NCBI GenBank assembly: GCA_010093605.1
Contig: MU004181.1
Span: forward strand, 3,410,001-3,474,000
DNA length: 64,000 bases
Direction of reading: 5' to 3'
Source: Lophium mytilinum
Lineage: Eukaryota
A model generated the notes under the pieces. That model ran no database searches. It saw only the letters and a program-made list of their open reading frames with translations, and was not told the DNA's origin. Each line of letters begins with the position of its first letter. Positions within the stretch are counted from its first letter, which is position 1. Positions 38,017 to 51,340 of this stretch are shown here, piece after piece. The position numbers were made by a program, and so were the translations under genes.

Positions 38017-38882
38017 TGGTGGGTTGACGCGTCTCATTCTTAGCCCGTTGCACAAGGACTTCGGGATACGAGAAGGATTACGGAGAAGGACCGGGCGCTC
38101 GTCACTGGCAAGCTCTAGCGACGTCGTAAGTCATGAGGCACCCATACCTCGTTCAATCTCTCTTACCGTAGCCTAGATTGCTTTAGCAGTTGAATCGTAA
38201 TTCGACCCATGCACACTCTCTGAAGCCTTGCAGAAGGCATCGGCTTCGGAGATTACAGGGCGCGGACAGAGGGCAAATCCACTCGTGACGAAGGTAGGAT
38301 GCTTTGGCTGCTATAGTACTGCGCTGGTAATGTAGACATTGTGTGAATCATGTTGTACAATTCACTCAAGTTCTCTTCTCATCCCTTTGATGCCGGTGTT
38401 GAGACGACAGCTTCACTGCGGTGGACTCGATTCCGTCCTTATAAGTTGTTCACGCTGCAGTGCAACGCTACACCTAGCACGAGAGAAACGGGCAGCCAGG
38501 CGGTAAGGCTTCTTCGGCGTTACGACCAGTTGGCTAGCAAGTTAGCTCGGTGGCAGCCCTCCCCCGACAGCCGGTCTTGTATTCAGTCTAGGCGTTTTCT
38601 AGGCTGTTTCTTTGCCTGTCGCAACTCATGGCGTAGTTGGCCAGCACGAATACTTGCGCTGTACTATGTAGGTAGAAATTGTATCTCGGTGTTTCACCAC
38701 GTCCCGATCACGTGGCGATTCGGGGGTCCCACACCGCCGATGCCACGCCCAATTTGTCTATCAAGATATACTCTTTCTGCACCTCACCTTCTGCGCATCG
38801 TCTATCGTTAGAGCCCTTACTCCGGCATCTCATAATCCCTGCATACATAGCTTATACAGCCAAATTATTGCAAGCAGCCGTT

Positions 38883-40691
38883 ATGGGCGACTCCGCCGAC
38901 CCTGAATCCCCCACTGCTCGCTCGCAGACACCGCTGGCTGCGGTTGAAGAACGGGAAGTTGACCAGGCTGCCGTCACGGCAACGGGCGATGTTTCAGACC
39001 AATACCCGCATGGCATGAAGCTCGCGCTGATCATGGTCTCACTTTTCATGAGCGCCTTTCTTGCCGCTCTCGTGAGTGGCCAGCCGAGTCTATTCACACC
39101 TACCCGCTAACGAGCAACAGGATAGGACTATCCTAGCCACGGCTATCCCTAAGATTACGGACGATTTCAACTCCATTGGCGACATTGGCTGGTATGCTTC
39201 TGCATTTCTCTTAACCGGATGCTCGTTCATGCTCTTCTTCGGCAAGATGTACACTCTGTACAATATCAAATGGATCTTCTTGACTTGCATCGTTATTTTC
39301 GAGGCTGGCTCCGCGATCTGTGGTGCTGCTCCAAATTCTAAAACTCTGATTGCTGGTCGTGCGGTGGCGGGATTAGGCTCTGCGGGCATGTTTTCCGGCA
39401 TTGTCATCATAGGGACTCACGTCGTTCCGTTAAAGAACCGACCACTCTTCCAAGCTATCTTTGGTGCAGTGTTTGGGATCTCCTCGGTTATTGGGCCTCT
39501 CCTTGGAGGCGTCTTCGCCGACCACGTTTCGTGGCGATGGTGTACGTGAACCAATCTGATAGTCGCGAAAGACAGACATCGCTGACAACATGACCAGGCT
39601 TTTACATCAATCTCCCCATTGGCGGCATTACAATAGTCATCCTCATGCTATTCCTCAAACTCAAATTCCCCGTCCGCGCTAATGAGATGTCCTATCGCCA
39701 GCAGTTGAATGAACTCGACCCCCTCGGCACCTTCATCTTCCTCCCAGCCTGCGTCTCCCTCCTCCTCGCCTTGAAATGGGGCGGCACGGAGAAGCCCTGG
39801 AACAACAGAGACGTAATCGCCTGTCTTGTCCTCTCAGTCGTTCTTTTCATCGCCTTCATCATCGTCCAGCGCATCAAAGGCGAGACCGCCACGGTACCCC
39901 CTCGGATCATAAAGCAACGAAGCATCGCATCAGGCCTCTACAGCTCCACCTGCACCGGCGGCGCCCTCCTTATCATGGTCTTCTACGTTCCCATCTGGTT
40001 CCAGAGCGTCAGGGGGGTTTCAGCCGTACAGTCCGGCATCGACGTCATCCCCATGGTCCTGTCTCTCTCCGCCGGCGCACCAACTGGTGGCATATTCACC
40101 TTCAAGACCGGCTACTACGTGCCCTGCATGTTCGCCTCTACCATCATCGCCTCAATCGGCTTAGGCTTGATCACGACCTGGGATATCCATACCAGCCAGG
40201 CGAAATGGATCGCATACCAATTTCTCTTTGGATACGGGCTTGGAATCGGCATGCAGCAACCAAACATGGCCGCGCAAACCGTGCTGCACAAGAAGGACGT
40301 CCCCATTGGCTCTTCGCTGATATTCTTCGGACAGTCACTGGGCGGCGCCATCTTTGCGTCGGTCGGGCAGTCTATTTTCACGAATAAGCTTCAGGCCAAT
40401 CTGGTTGCGGTTGGCGGGCTGAACGTTCCCGCTATTCTCGGAGGAGGTGCGACGAATTTGAAGCATGTTGTGCCGCCTGAAAAGCTTCCTCGGGTCTTGG
40501 TGGGCTACAACGATGCGCTGATCAAGACATTCTACGCTGGGCTAGCGCTCATATGCGCTGGGATTCTTGGAGCGGCTACGATGGAGTGGAAGAGCATCAA
40601 GAAGGGGGAAGGCCAGGGGGATAAGAGAGTCGACTCTGGACCGCAAGCGACCGGACCTCAGGCTACTACTACTGAGGTTGAGAAAGCTTGA
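38883..40691 (+). CDS. DHA2 (14-TMS) MFS drug/toxin efflux transporter
   Basis: FLAAL|DRTILATAIPKITDDF, DIGWYASAFLL, FEAGSAICGAAPNS..LIAGRAVAGLG, SWRWCFYINLPIG, FYVPIWFQSVRG, MEWKSIK. 2 introns. Confidence 0.92.
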
Positions 40692-42572
40692 GAGCGCGAA
40701 CAGTTGTGGTCCGCGCAGCTGGAAGAAGAAAAAACGAGCCGAGTTTGCGGCTTCAGCGGTCGCGCCTCAGGCCATTTCTGCAAACGCGGAAATAGATGTA
40801 TATACCGTGGAGTATCGGTGCCACAGGTCGATTCCTCCTGTGAATATCTGGGTGCATGACATGGGTGGCGTTCTGGACTTTGGGGGAAATACCAGATATA
40901 GTAATCTATAGATAGATCGGCGGAACGTGTACTATAGGGTAAGGGTAATTACTTAAAGAGTACATAGCGTACATAGTGTTCTCCTCTCAGAAGAACTCGG
41001 ATATATTTGCAAAGAGCAAATAACTCACCTCTTATCGATATTCCCGGTACATCAAATGTGTTTGTTTGTGTATGTTCTTTCAATGACCTAGAGCTTGATC
41101 GGATGTAGGAAGTTGAATATAGGAGATGATATCCAGGGGTACTGAGGTAATGCGCACGTCTTGCTTGCCTACCGCTGCCCGGAACTCCGAAACGGCATCG
41201 AATCAAGGGAAACCTTCGCCTCCTTGGTACTCTTCTTAAAGGCAATATAAAAGCGAAAGTGTTCCCTTTCAGTCTATCCTTTTCTCCTTCTCAGTATTCC
41301 CTTTCTTACCTTATCTTCCACCTCCTCGATACCCTTCTTATAATCATAGCACAATCGAAGGTCTTCCCTGGAAGTCTACCTTCTCCTCCTCCTTGACATT
41401 CATTTTCTTGATCAATCTCCCCCAAAGCCCCCCTGAAATTGTCCTGACTCAATTGTCTCAAGTAGCTATCCAGTCCGCCAACGGCAGGCCACACATCGCC
41501 GTATTAGCATAGCGCCGCGGAAGCGTCCCAAATGTGATATCCTTGATCTCATAACTAGCTGCATTGATCGCAGTATCTTTGACAAGACTGTGGATGAATG
41601 ATAAAGCCATATTGTTCTAATTGTCTCCAATTTTGTGGGACAAGGAGTAGGCGAGTTACCCTTGCCTGAGGTTAAACTACTGCGAGTTTAAATGTGAGAT
41701 GGGCCTTTCCAAAAGAAGGTGCGTCTGCCCAAACACTATCAGAAGTTGATGTCGAGTATCGCACGACCTATTGTAAATTGGAAGAAATCGTTCAGTTCTA
41801 TTTAAAAAAGCTTTCGTGCTCTATCTCAAGGCTAAGGGCCCTGGGCACATGAAAGTTACACTCTGACAGAATCTTAACGCTAAGAAGAATCCCAGATAGC
41901 TGTGATACAAACGTTACTATGGACTGGCGGTAATGCGCGTGGAGGAGTGATGGATGCAGGAGGCTACCACGTGGCCAGCTTTTGGAAGAACATGAGGTCA
42001 AGAAGCCCGCGCTTTGTCAAAAGAGGTTTAGCGGACTTTAGCTGCCTTATTGTCCGAGTGCGATAACAACCTCAACGGCTTCGGGCATCTATCTTCATCC
42101 CTCGTCTACCGATTCCCGGAAACATTCTTCTTGCTGTCTGCTTATATTGAATCTGAAAGTAGGTTTTGTTTCTGTTCATTAGAGATCTCGTAGCTCCATT
42201 TGTCCCATAGAACTAGTGTCCAACCCACCCTATCTTCGAGCCTTGCAACCTTCAGCGGTCGACCTATTAGCGCCCATCTTTCCTCCGGCCGAACTGGTCA
42301 GGACTCAAGGAACTGTTGCCTCTCCAATTTCCCCCTTATGTCCTCCCTCATTTTGTTGTATTCCATATCCAAGTCATTTGATCGGAGAAAATTCCGATCA
42401 TAACCCATCCAGCGGCCGAATCTACCAAATATACGATTGTGTCCAATAGCGGACTCGCACTTACTTTGTTGTTTATCTTGTCGTTCTATTTCAAACAATC
42501 TAGTCACATCACGAGCGAGTATAAATGGAGCGCCGGACTCACCGTTCAAATTCTAGAGCGAGAACACCAGAA

Positions 42573-44441
42573 ATGTCAAGGCTGCAGCAAGATCTCATTG
42601 AAAGCTACCATCGTCACACCATCACAACGCCGAACGGGGATCATCCAAACATGATACGCCGCATATTACCCAACGGGAAAAGGCCACATATAGGTATCAT
42701 CGGTGCTGGCGTTGCTGGCCTCCGATGTGCAGATGTTCTTACCCAATATGGAGCCAAAGTGACAATATTGGAGGGCAGGGATCGAGTTGGGGGAAGGGTA
42801 ATTGGTACCTTCGCAGACGTCATTAAGATCTATCCTGACAAGATGATACTAGCTATGTCAAAGCGATAAACTGGGCCATCTTGTCGATCTGTAGGTCTGC
42901 GAACGGCACCTACTCCCTTACTTGCTGTCACGTACTGATGAATCCTTTCCCAGCGGGCCGAACTGGATACACGGGACTGACGACAATCCAATGCTAGACT
43001 TGGCCAAAGAAACTGGAACAGTCACCAATGCTTGGGATGGCCGACAGGCTTACTTCGATCATCTTGGCCACAGAGTGCCCGACAAGGTATCCGCAGAAGT
43101 CACCGAGTTGGTGTGGGGAGTGATTGAAGAGGCGATGCAGTTTAGCAATGCTGAAGCGAAAAGTATTCCTTCAAAAGAGAGCCTGATGGATTTTTTCCGT
43201 GAGAAGGTTAAGGACCTTTTCCATGAAAAGAATGTAGACAACAAGATCAGCAAAAAAGGAGACATGGTGCTAAAGATGGCCGAAATGTGGGGCGCTTTCA
43301 TCGGAAGCCCAATCCAAAAGCAGAGCTTGAAGTTCCTTTGGCTTGAAGAATGCATTGATGGGGAGAATCTGTTTGTTTCGGAGACATACCATAAGGTGCT
43401 CTCTCGTATTGCTCAGCCTGCGTTGGACAACGCCGAGATCAAGTTTCGACACAAAGCGACTCATTTTGCTACAAAGGAGCTTCATGGGGAACCCAGAATT
43501 GATGTTGAGGTGGTCGACGGGGAAACGAGAACATTTGATGAAGTCGTAGTGACAACACCGCTTGGATGGCTAAAAAGGAATCAAGATGCTTTCGTTCCAG
43601 CTCTCCCATCCCGGCTTGTAGAGGCTATCGATGCAATAGGCTATGGGCATCTAGACAAGGTGAGTACTGTATCACTTCTTTGAGAACGGGATTGGCTACT
43701 GAATCACAACAGGTCTATATCAGCTTTCCTTCCGCGTTCTGGGATCAGTCTATTTCGAAGACCGAAGAAGATTCTGCGGTCTCCACAAACCCTCATGCAT
43801 CGGTACCAAACGTCACAGCAACTACTGCACCATTACATCAACCTTCCTCCGAGGCAAAAACTACTTCGAAGCACTATCCAGGGTTCACCCATTGGGCAGC
43901 ACCAACATACGCACACGAAACGAACCCCAACAAATGGAATCAAGAGTGTGTCAACCTTGCAGCGCTCCCTGGAAAGACAGCGCACCCGACCCTGCTCTTT
44001 TACACCTTTGGCCCGACGTCCCAGCACATCGCTACTCTACTACGCAGCAGTAGCTCTGAATCCGCGGCTGAAGCGGCAATCCTGAAATTCTTGGAACCAT
44101 ACTACTCCCGCCTCCCGAACTACTCTGCCGAGTCGGTAGAATGTAAGCCGACTGCTTTGCTGGCCACTGGCTGGGCGAACGACGAGCTCGCTGGTTATGG
44201 CAGTTATTGTAACTTCCAGGTTGGCTTAGAGCGGGGCGATGAAGATATCGAGGTGATGCGAGAGGGGATGCCGGAACGCGGCATTTGGCTTGCTGGAGAG
44301 CATACCGCTCCGTTCGTTGCGTTAGGTACTGTCACTGGCGCTTATTGGGCGGGCGAAGGTGTTGCGAGACGAATTGCTAGCGCTTACGGTCTTGACAAGA
44401 TGGAAGGCGTTGGGAAAACGAGCAATGGGTCTGCAAATTGA
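42573..44441 (+). CDS. Flavin-containing amine oxidase (polyamine oxidase-like)
   Basis: HIGIIGAGVAGL (FAD binding), ILEGRDRVGGR, DL|GPNWIHG, VVTTPLGWLK, GYGSY and LAGEHTA...GTVTGAYWAG. The start may be 42573 or 42651. 3 introns. Confidence 0.9.
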
Positions 44442-47400
44442 ATGCCAGAGCCACTGTAGTGTGAGCTCTAGGGAGTCATGCTAGGTATTGATGCGAACAT
44501 GACTGGGATGTTCTCCTTCCTTTTGGCGTTCTTTTGCATGGTGTTTTTGAAGCATACGGATGCATCGTCAGTTAGGTGGATCTCCATTTCGTCTTATCGT
44601 GGTTCAGATCCATTTCCAGAGTTCTCTCCTCTCCGTAGGCGTGGAGTAGTAGTTTAATTTCCTCTAAAGACCTTTACATTGCTGTCATAGCCTCGTCGTG
44701 GACTCCTTCCCCGTTCAAGTGCACACATCCTAGGTCATCCCCTCTTCTCCGCACCGCGCGAATGCACTCCGCATTCTAGCAGCTCACGTGGAGGCCCAAA
44801 AATCCTCAGGCTTCATCCCTTCTGCAGCAGCGGAAGTATCTAGCGCTCTTCTTTACTCTTTCGGTGCTTCTTTCCCCAAACCCATCCTACAAAGGTATCA
44901 AAGGTTCATACGAGAACACATGTGTGCTGTTCTTCATCCATCCATCCACCAATCACACCATTCTGCCACCCGCTACATTCACCCACTCCACTGTAGCGAA
45001 TATCACTGTCTCGAGCACCAATCAGAGACCATCCGAAAGCATCACCAGAACACGCATCGCAGGAAGAAGCGAGACTAGGAGCGTAGCGGGCAGCGCCATC
45101 GACCGATCCGCCTCCCAAGCGCCCACCGTCGTTCGTTAGAAGTTGCACCCAAGGCAGTCGTTTTCCATCACAGGGATGGCACCACCGCACTCCTCTTTTT
45201 CCCTCCGAGGCGGCCAGTGGCGTCTTACCGGCCAAGCCACGATCGACAGCCCTAAATCGAAATCGGCTTAGATTGACGAGACGCCACTGATGTCATCGCG
45301 CAAGGGGCAGCATATCCATCGACGACGTCAAACCCCAAATCCGCGACCCATCCACGAGGAGCGGACCACGCTTCGCGCGGTCCACGATTCCAGGAAACTG
45401 CGAGTAAGAAACATAGGAGTTCCAAGATGTTCTAGCGGCTCCAATCGGCCGCACTCCGCTCTGTGCTTGAACCTTGGAACCGGCGTCCGACGATCAAAGC
45501 GACGTTCCGCCTTGCCGTCCTGCCGCACGTTGTCACCATGAGATACGGGTTGGTGCCCGGCTCCACTTCTCTCGGGTCCTACTCCGACCGTGGACGGTGA
45601 ATGATACGCAGTAGTGCCGTAGCCGGGCGAAAGCAAACAGCACTGTCTCGCCTGATTGTGGCTGTCTCTTCGTCGAGATTCTCCACTGCAGCGCTGGCGC
45701 ATAATGTATGTTAGCAAGCAGCTACGCACGTCACTGTCACTACATTCTTTCTCTCCGCTAGAAGGTCCAATCATGGTTGGGGGGAGACTCCAGCCACTCA
45801 GCAGCCCAGCCACATGAAAATTCTGATGGGGAGGGCTGAATATCGCTGCCCAGCTTGTCGGTCGTTGCGTGTTTCGGATCCAAGACGCACGCAGCGCTGA
45901 TCATGGTGCCACATTGGCCTTGCCCGCTCCGCCTACCAAGTATCCGAAGTGGGTTCTTGGAGCAAATGCTGAGAAATCCTGTGATTACGGCTGCTGGCAC
46001 CTAAGCGTTGCGGTGTATAAGCCACGCGACGAGACGAGCCATCGCCCATCGTGCCGCTCGACAAGAAACAAAAAAGTCGTCACAGCGGTGTAGTGGCGGT
46101 CGAGGTGCGTAGCTGACACTGACACCGCCTTGCAGTCCGGGCGTTTCCTCTCAACGCGCCACCATCCGTCATCGCGTTGCTCTGATCCTGGGTGGCTCCC
46201 GCTTTCCCTGCGTCGGGCTACAGTTTGGATTGCCTGTATCTTGGCGGCAAACGTTTTATAATGCCTACAAACGCCTCCAGGACGCCAGATTAACACGCCT
46301 ATGCCAATTAAGGCCTAGTAACTAGTTCCTAGGCCTATTTAAGTATTAGCTTTATTATCTTATATTATAGAGGTATTTTTAGCTACTATATAACTCTATA
46401 TAGGCCTTAGCTATAGTATTAAGATATAATTTCTTATATACTTTATATGCCGCACCCCTATTATTATTATAATATTATTTTAGAGTATATATAATTAATA
46501 ATTTTAGCTATTCTTTAATAGTTCTAGTATAGTTTAGTAGTTAGTAGGGCGGTATTAGGTTAGTATCTACTACTATATCTATAGCTATAATAATAGGTAC
46601 TAACCTAGCTCTACTATAAATAAGAGACCTTTTTATAGATTTAATTTCTAGTAAGGTTACTTTCTTTTTACTTCTTACCTTTTAGTAAAGAATAGCGCTA
46701 AGTCTAAGAATTATTAAGCTAGAATTTAGTATAATTTAGTATAGAAATTAATAAAGTTATAAATTTTTAAATAAAAGTATAAAAATAGTAAGTAAGAATA
46801 CTTAGTAGTAATAGATTTTAATTAGGGAATAAATAAGTAGAGTAGTATTAAGTTTCTACGTAATCTAATTAGCTTACTAAGTAGAACTAACCTAATTAGG
46901 TAGTTAGTAATAGCCTCTAAATTAGGCTTAGATTATAGCCAGCATTCTACTAGTAGAAGTAGTTAATATAATTAATTAAAAATTAACTAAAAATATATAA
47001 GAAGTAACTAATAAAGGCCTATATACTAAACTAAGGAAAAATAAGCCTAGAGACTATAAAAAAGGGCTTAATTTCTATATAAAAGTATTAAAATATATTA
47101 AATTATTATATATTCTCTATACTTCTATTTATTCTATTTATTATAACCTCTTAAACTATATACTAAGTACGCCTAGCCCTCTACTCTTATAGAGCTATAG
47201 CTATTACCTATATACTATTAATTACGCTATACTAGACCTTAAAGCACCTTCTTAGGTAGCGCTAGGTAGGTATTTAATAGAATAATATTCTTAGTTTTTA
47301 CGGGCTAAGAATAGCGCTTAACTAGGTACGCTAGTAGTAGGTGTATAGCCTTATAGAACCTTAGCTATAAGGTAATTTAATAGAAGAATTATATCTATCT

Positions 47401-47972
47401 TTCTATCTTCTACTTAAGGGCGCTAATAATAGTAATAGTATAGTAGTAAAAAAAGTTATAATTCTAGAATTCTTTATATATATAATTATATAGATTAAGG
47501 TATACTATATAGACCTTTACTATATAGTAGTAGAGAATATATACTAAAAGAGAGGTACTATCTAAATTAGTAAATATATTTAGATAGTAGTAGTATATAG
47601 TACCCTCCCTCTATACCTATATATAGAGCTTCTAGCTATACTAAAAAAAGTACTTAAAGCTATTAAAATTATAAAAGTACTAGATAGAGGTGCTAAGCTT
47701 TATAATTTTAGTATAGCGCTTAGTATAAGTTATAATATATTAGTACTAGATAAAGCTAATAAGTAAGAGTATTAACTTTAAGCGCTTATTATAGATAACC
47801 TTATTCTAAAACTTACTTACACCGCTAGTAATAGATCTAAAGCGCCTAGTAGGGCAGTCTCTTAATAGCTACTTTCTAGAGTTCTAAGTAAGTATATAGG
47901 CTATAGCGCCCGAGCTATAGATAGCTATTTTAGCTATATTCTACTAAAATAATATATTATTAGTATATTAAG

Positions 47973-48192
47973 TATTACAGTATAAACCTAGAATTCTAAT
48001 AATTACATGCTAAGGTTATATGCCGTCCCTTACGTAACCTAAGTAAGACGCTAGCCCGGCGCTAGGCCGCGGCCTATGCGCCGGCGTTAAACTATAACCT
48101 CTTAAGAGCTTCTAGCTCTCTCTTTTCTTCTTAGCTTAGATTTTTATAATAGTTAATATACCTTATTACTTATATTATATTAGCCCTCTATA
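47973..48192 (+). repeat. 5' LTR of Gypsy copy 1
   Basis: 220 bp, colinear with 55547-55766; all differences seen are C/T or G/A transitions. Confidence 0.93.
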
Positions 48193-51100
48193 TAATCTAA
48201 GCTTACTCTTCTATACTTAGAATCTTATTAATTTTTTCTAGAACTCTATCGCGAGATCTAGGCGTTTTTACTAAAACTAATTAAATACCTACCTGCCGGC
48301 CTAGCTATATAGCTACACGCGGCACTTAAATTTAATCTAGTAAACTATAATCTAGCACCGCCTCCTTTAAATAAGCTAGTAGTTAATTTAATAGCTAGGC
48401 TTTAAGATAATTTAAAGACTCTAGGCGCTATAAATAGCGCTAACCTAAATACTTTAGAAGAACTACCTATTACCTATACTTCTATAACTCTATTAATAGC
48501 TAGTAATAAGAAAGCCCGCTATACTACGCAACTTGCGCATTTTTAAGGCGTAGTAAAAGGCTCTTCTACTCTAGCTATTATTTCTAGCTCCCGGTATAAA
48601 ACTAGAGAACTAATTCTAAATATCTAAGAAGAGACCTAAGCCTTCTTATAGACTATAGATAATACCTAGCGTACTAATATCTAGCGCCCTAACGCCTAGC
48701 GCACTAATACCTAGCGCCCTAAATACTTAGTAGATAATTAAGTTAATACTACTAGACCCGTAAACTAGAACTAGAACTAGACTATTACTAATAAACTTAA
48801 TCTAGACTAAGACTCTAATAATAAAGGCGGCTTTATTACGCCTAGTATAAACATTCTAGGTAAGCGCACTATTTAATTTATTATAGAAGATAATATATAT
48901 AACCCTTACACCTAAGCTAGTAGTAGTAAGCTATACGCTATCTATTACTAAGTATCTATAGTAGATTAATAAGCCTTTATTCTAGTTGCGCGCTATAAGA
49001 CTAAATAGGTTCTAGACGCTAAACCTAAATATATAGATATTCTAGAAGGACTATAAGAAACTAACCTATAGCGCTATATATAGCTACTAGTCTAGCTTCT
49101 TAACTATTATAGTAATAGTACTATAACTATTAATACTATAGTTACTAATAAGATAGAGTTTACCGCTATAGTAAATAAAAATAACCTAGTATAGTAGAAG
49201 TCCTTCTAGAAGCTTTATATAGAGTATAAAGTAGGCTTTAAAGAAGCTAATAAAAAAGATAAGCTCTATAATAACCTCTAGAATAAGTACTAGAAGTATA
49301 AATAAGATACCTCTAATAACACTACTATAGTAGAATAAAAGTTAGAGGCCTATTACACTAAGTAGCTATAGTAAGTTGCAAGTAGTTATTAGGCTAATCT
49401 TAAGCTTAACTAGATGCGCCTATATTATAATTACTAGCGTAGTAAGTACTAAACTCTTAAAGAGATATATAAGAAACTTACTACTTATATTAAAGAGCTT
49501 AAATAATAGCTTTCTTAATAGACTTATCTACCGCCCTTAGACTCTAACTATAATTCTAATAATAATAATAATAGCACCCGCTTTTCTATACCTATAGTAC
49601 CGGTTTACTGTTATTCTATTAGCTAGCCGCTGCAGTTTAAACCTATTAAGAGTAAGTCCGCCACTCTATTTACGCCCGTTTAGGACCTCGGCGCGTACGC
49701 GGTAATATCTTATTACCCTAATCTAGATAAGTTTAGTAGCAGTAATAAGAATAAGCTATTCTACTAATAATAGTATATATAGGTACTTAGTAAGCTAGAT
49801 ATCTATACACTACTATATGCTATCTTATATTATTATATAGTATATATCCGCAATAGGCTTAAGGGTAAAGTATTTAATATAATCTTCTACCGCGCTAAAC
49901 CTAATAGTAATAAGCTATACCTCTCTATAGAGAAATTAATTAATAACCTAAATAAAGTCTATAGACCTTTTAATAAAGTAGTAGACGCGCGTACTAATTT
50001 ATATAATAGTAAGTTTATATAAGAGAAAGATAAGCGCGTTATAACCTAGGTAGAATACTTTAATACTAGCGTAGCCTCCCTCTACCTTAAAGACCCTAAG
50101 AAGATCTACTATATATAGTATAATTTTACTAACAGCCTTAAGTATAAGGCCGCTAATAGATAAGATACTAATATAATAACTTTTATTATATTTCTCTAGA
50201 CTTTAGAATTATAGCTTAATATTATTAAACTAAATAAGAATACCTAAAAGAATAAGAAGACCTCTAAGTCTACGCGCGATAACTATAAAGCTACGGGCGG
50301 TAGCTTATCTATGCCTTACCGCCCGCTACTTACTAACGCCGAGCGTATATCTAAGAATAATACTAGTAACGCTATCTCTAGTACTACTACTACTACTACT
50401 ATAAATAACTCCTCTAGCCTCTTTAGTTGCAACTGCTATACTATTACGCGCCTTAAGTAGCTTAGATATTACTAGAACTATCTAGAGCGTAGATATATAG
50501 CTAATAGCAACGCCCTATATATTAGATAATAGCTAGTCCCTATCTATAAGGTTAGTAGTCTTACTAATAAGATTAGCCTTACTAGCGTTAATATTAGCGC
50601 TATAAATACTAGCTCTACCTATAATAAGATAATAAAAAATGCCTAGTTCTTAGTAATAGTTACTACTAAGAACCTCTAGCCTTTAATAATAGGAAATTAA
50701 GAGCGGTTATAGATAGAATTACTATTTTAGAATAAGAAATTAAGCTAGTTATTATGCGTATATCTACTCTTACGCCGCAACTAGTTAACGGCGAATAATT
50801 TAGCTTCTTAGGTAGAATCCTCTAATCTAATTCTATTTCTAACTTTTTTACCGCTAAGATTCTTTCTAATATAGAATTAGGCTCTTAATTTCTTTATTTA
50901 AAGACTACGCGCCTTTATAAGATATCTACCTAACCCCTTTTATAACCTATTATTCTTAAGCTTACTAATAGTAAGCCCTCTATTATACTAGACCGCGTAG
51001 TAGATATTACCTTCTATATATATAACTACTATAATACTATTACTTACTATATTACTAATACTAGATAATATAATATAATCTTAGGTATACTATAGCTTTA

Positions 51101-51274
51101 GCTTTATAACCCCACTATTAGTTTTAGAAAGACCTAGCTAGTCTTCTAATCTAACTACTATATATCTAACTACCTCTAATATAGTAGGCCTATTATTATA
51201 AAGAGCCTTATTTATTTAAAATATATTAAAATTAAACTGTACTAGAACCTAGATAATTTCCACGGCTCTTAATA

Positions 51275-51340
51275 TAACCCTAACCCTAACTCTAACTCTA
51301 ACTCTAACTCTAACTCTAACTCTAACCCTAATTCTAATCT
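51275..51340 (+). repeat. Hexamer tandem repeat (TAACYC)~11 inside the Gypsy pol region
   Basis: Reads TAACCC TAACCC (TAACTC)6 TAACCC TAATTC TAATCT. A shorter version lies at ~61727-61756 in copy 2. Confidence 0.85.

Noticed and set aside
51275..51340. Telomere-like TAACCC repeats suggesting an interstitial telomere
   Set aside because: Most units are TAACTC and lie inside the Gypsy pol region, with a shorter equivalent in copy 2. They are best explained as a RIP-mutated dipeptide coding repeat.
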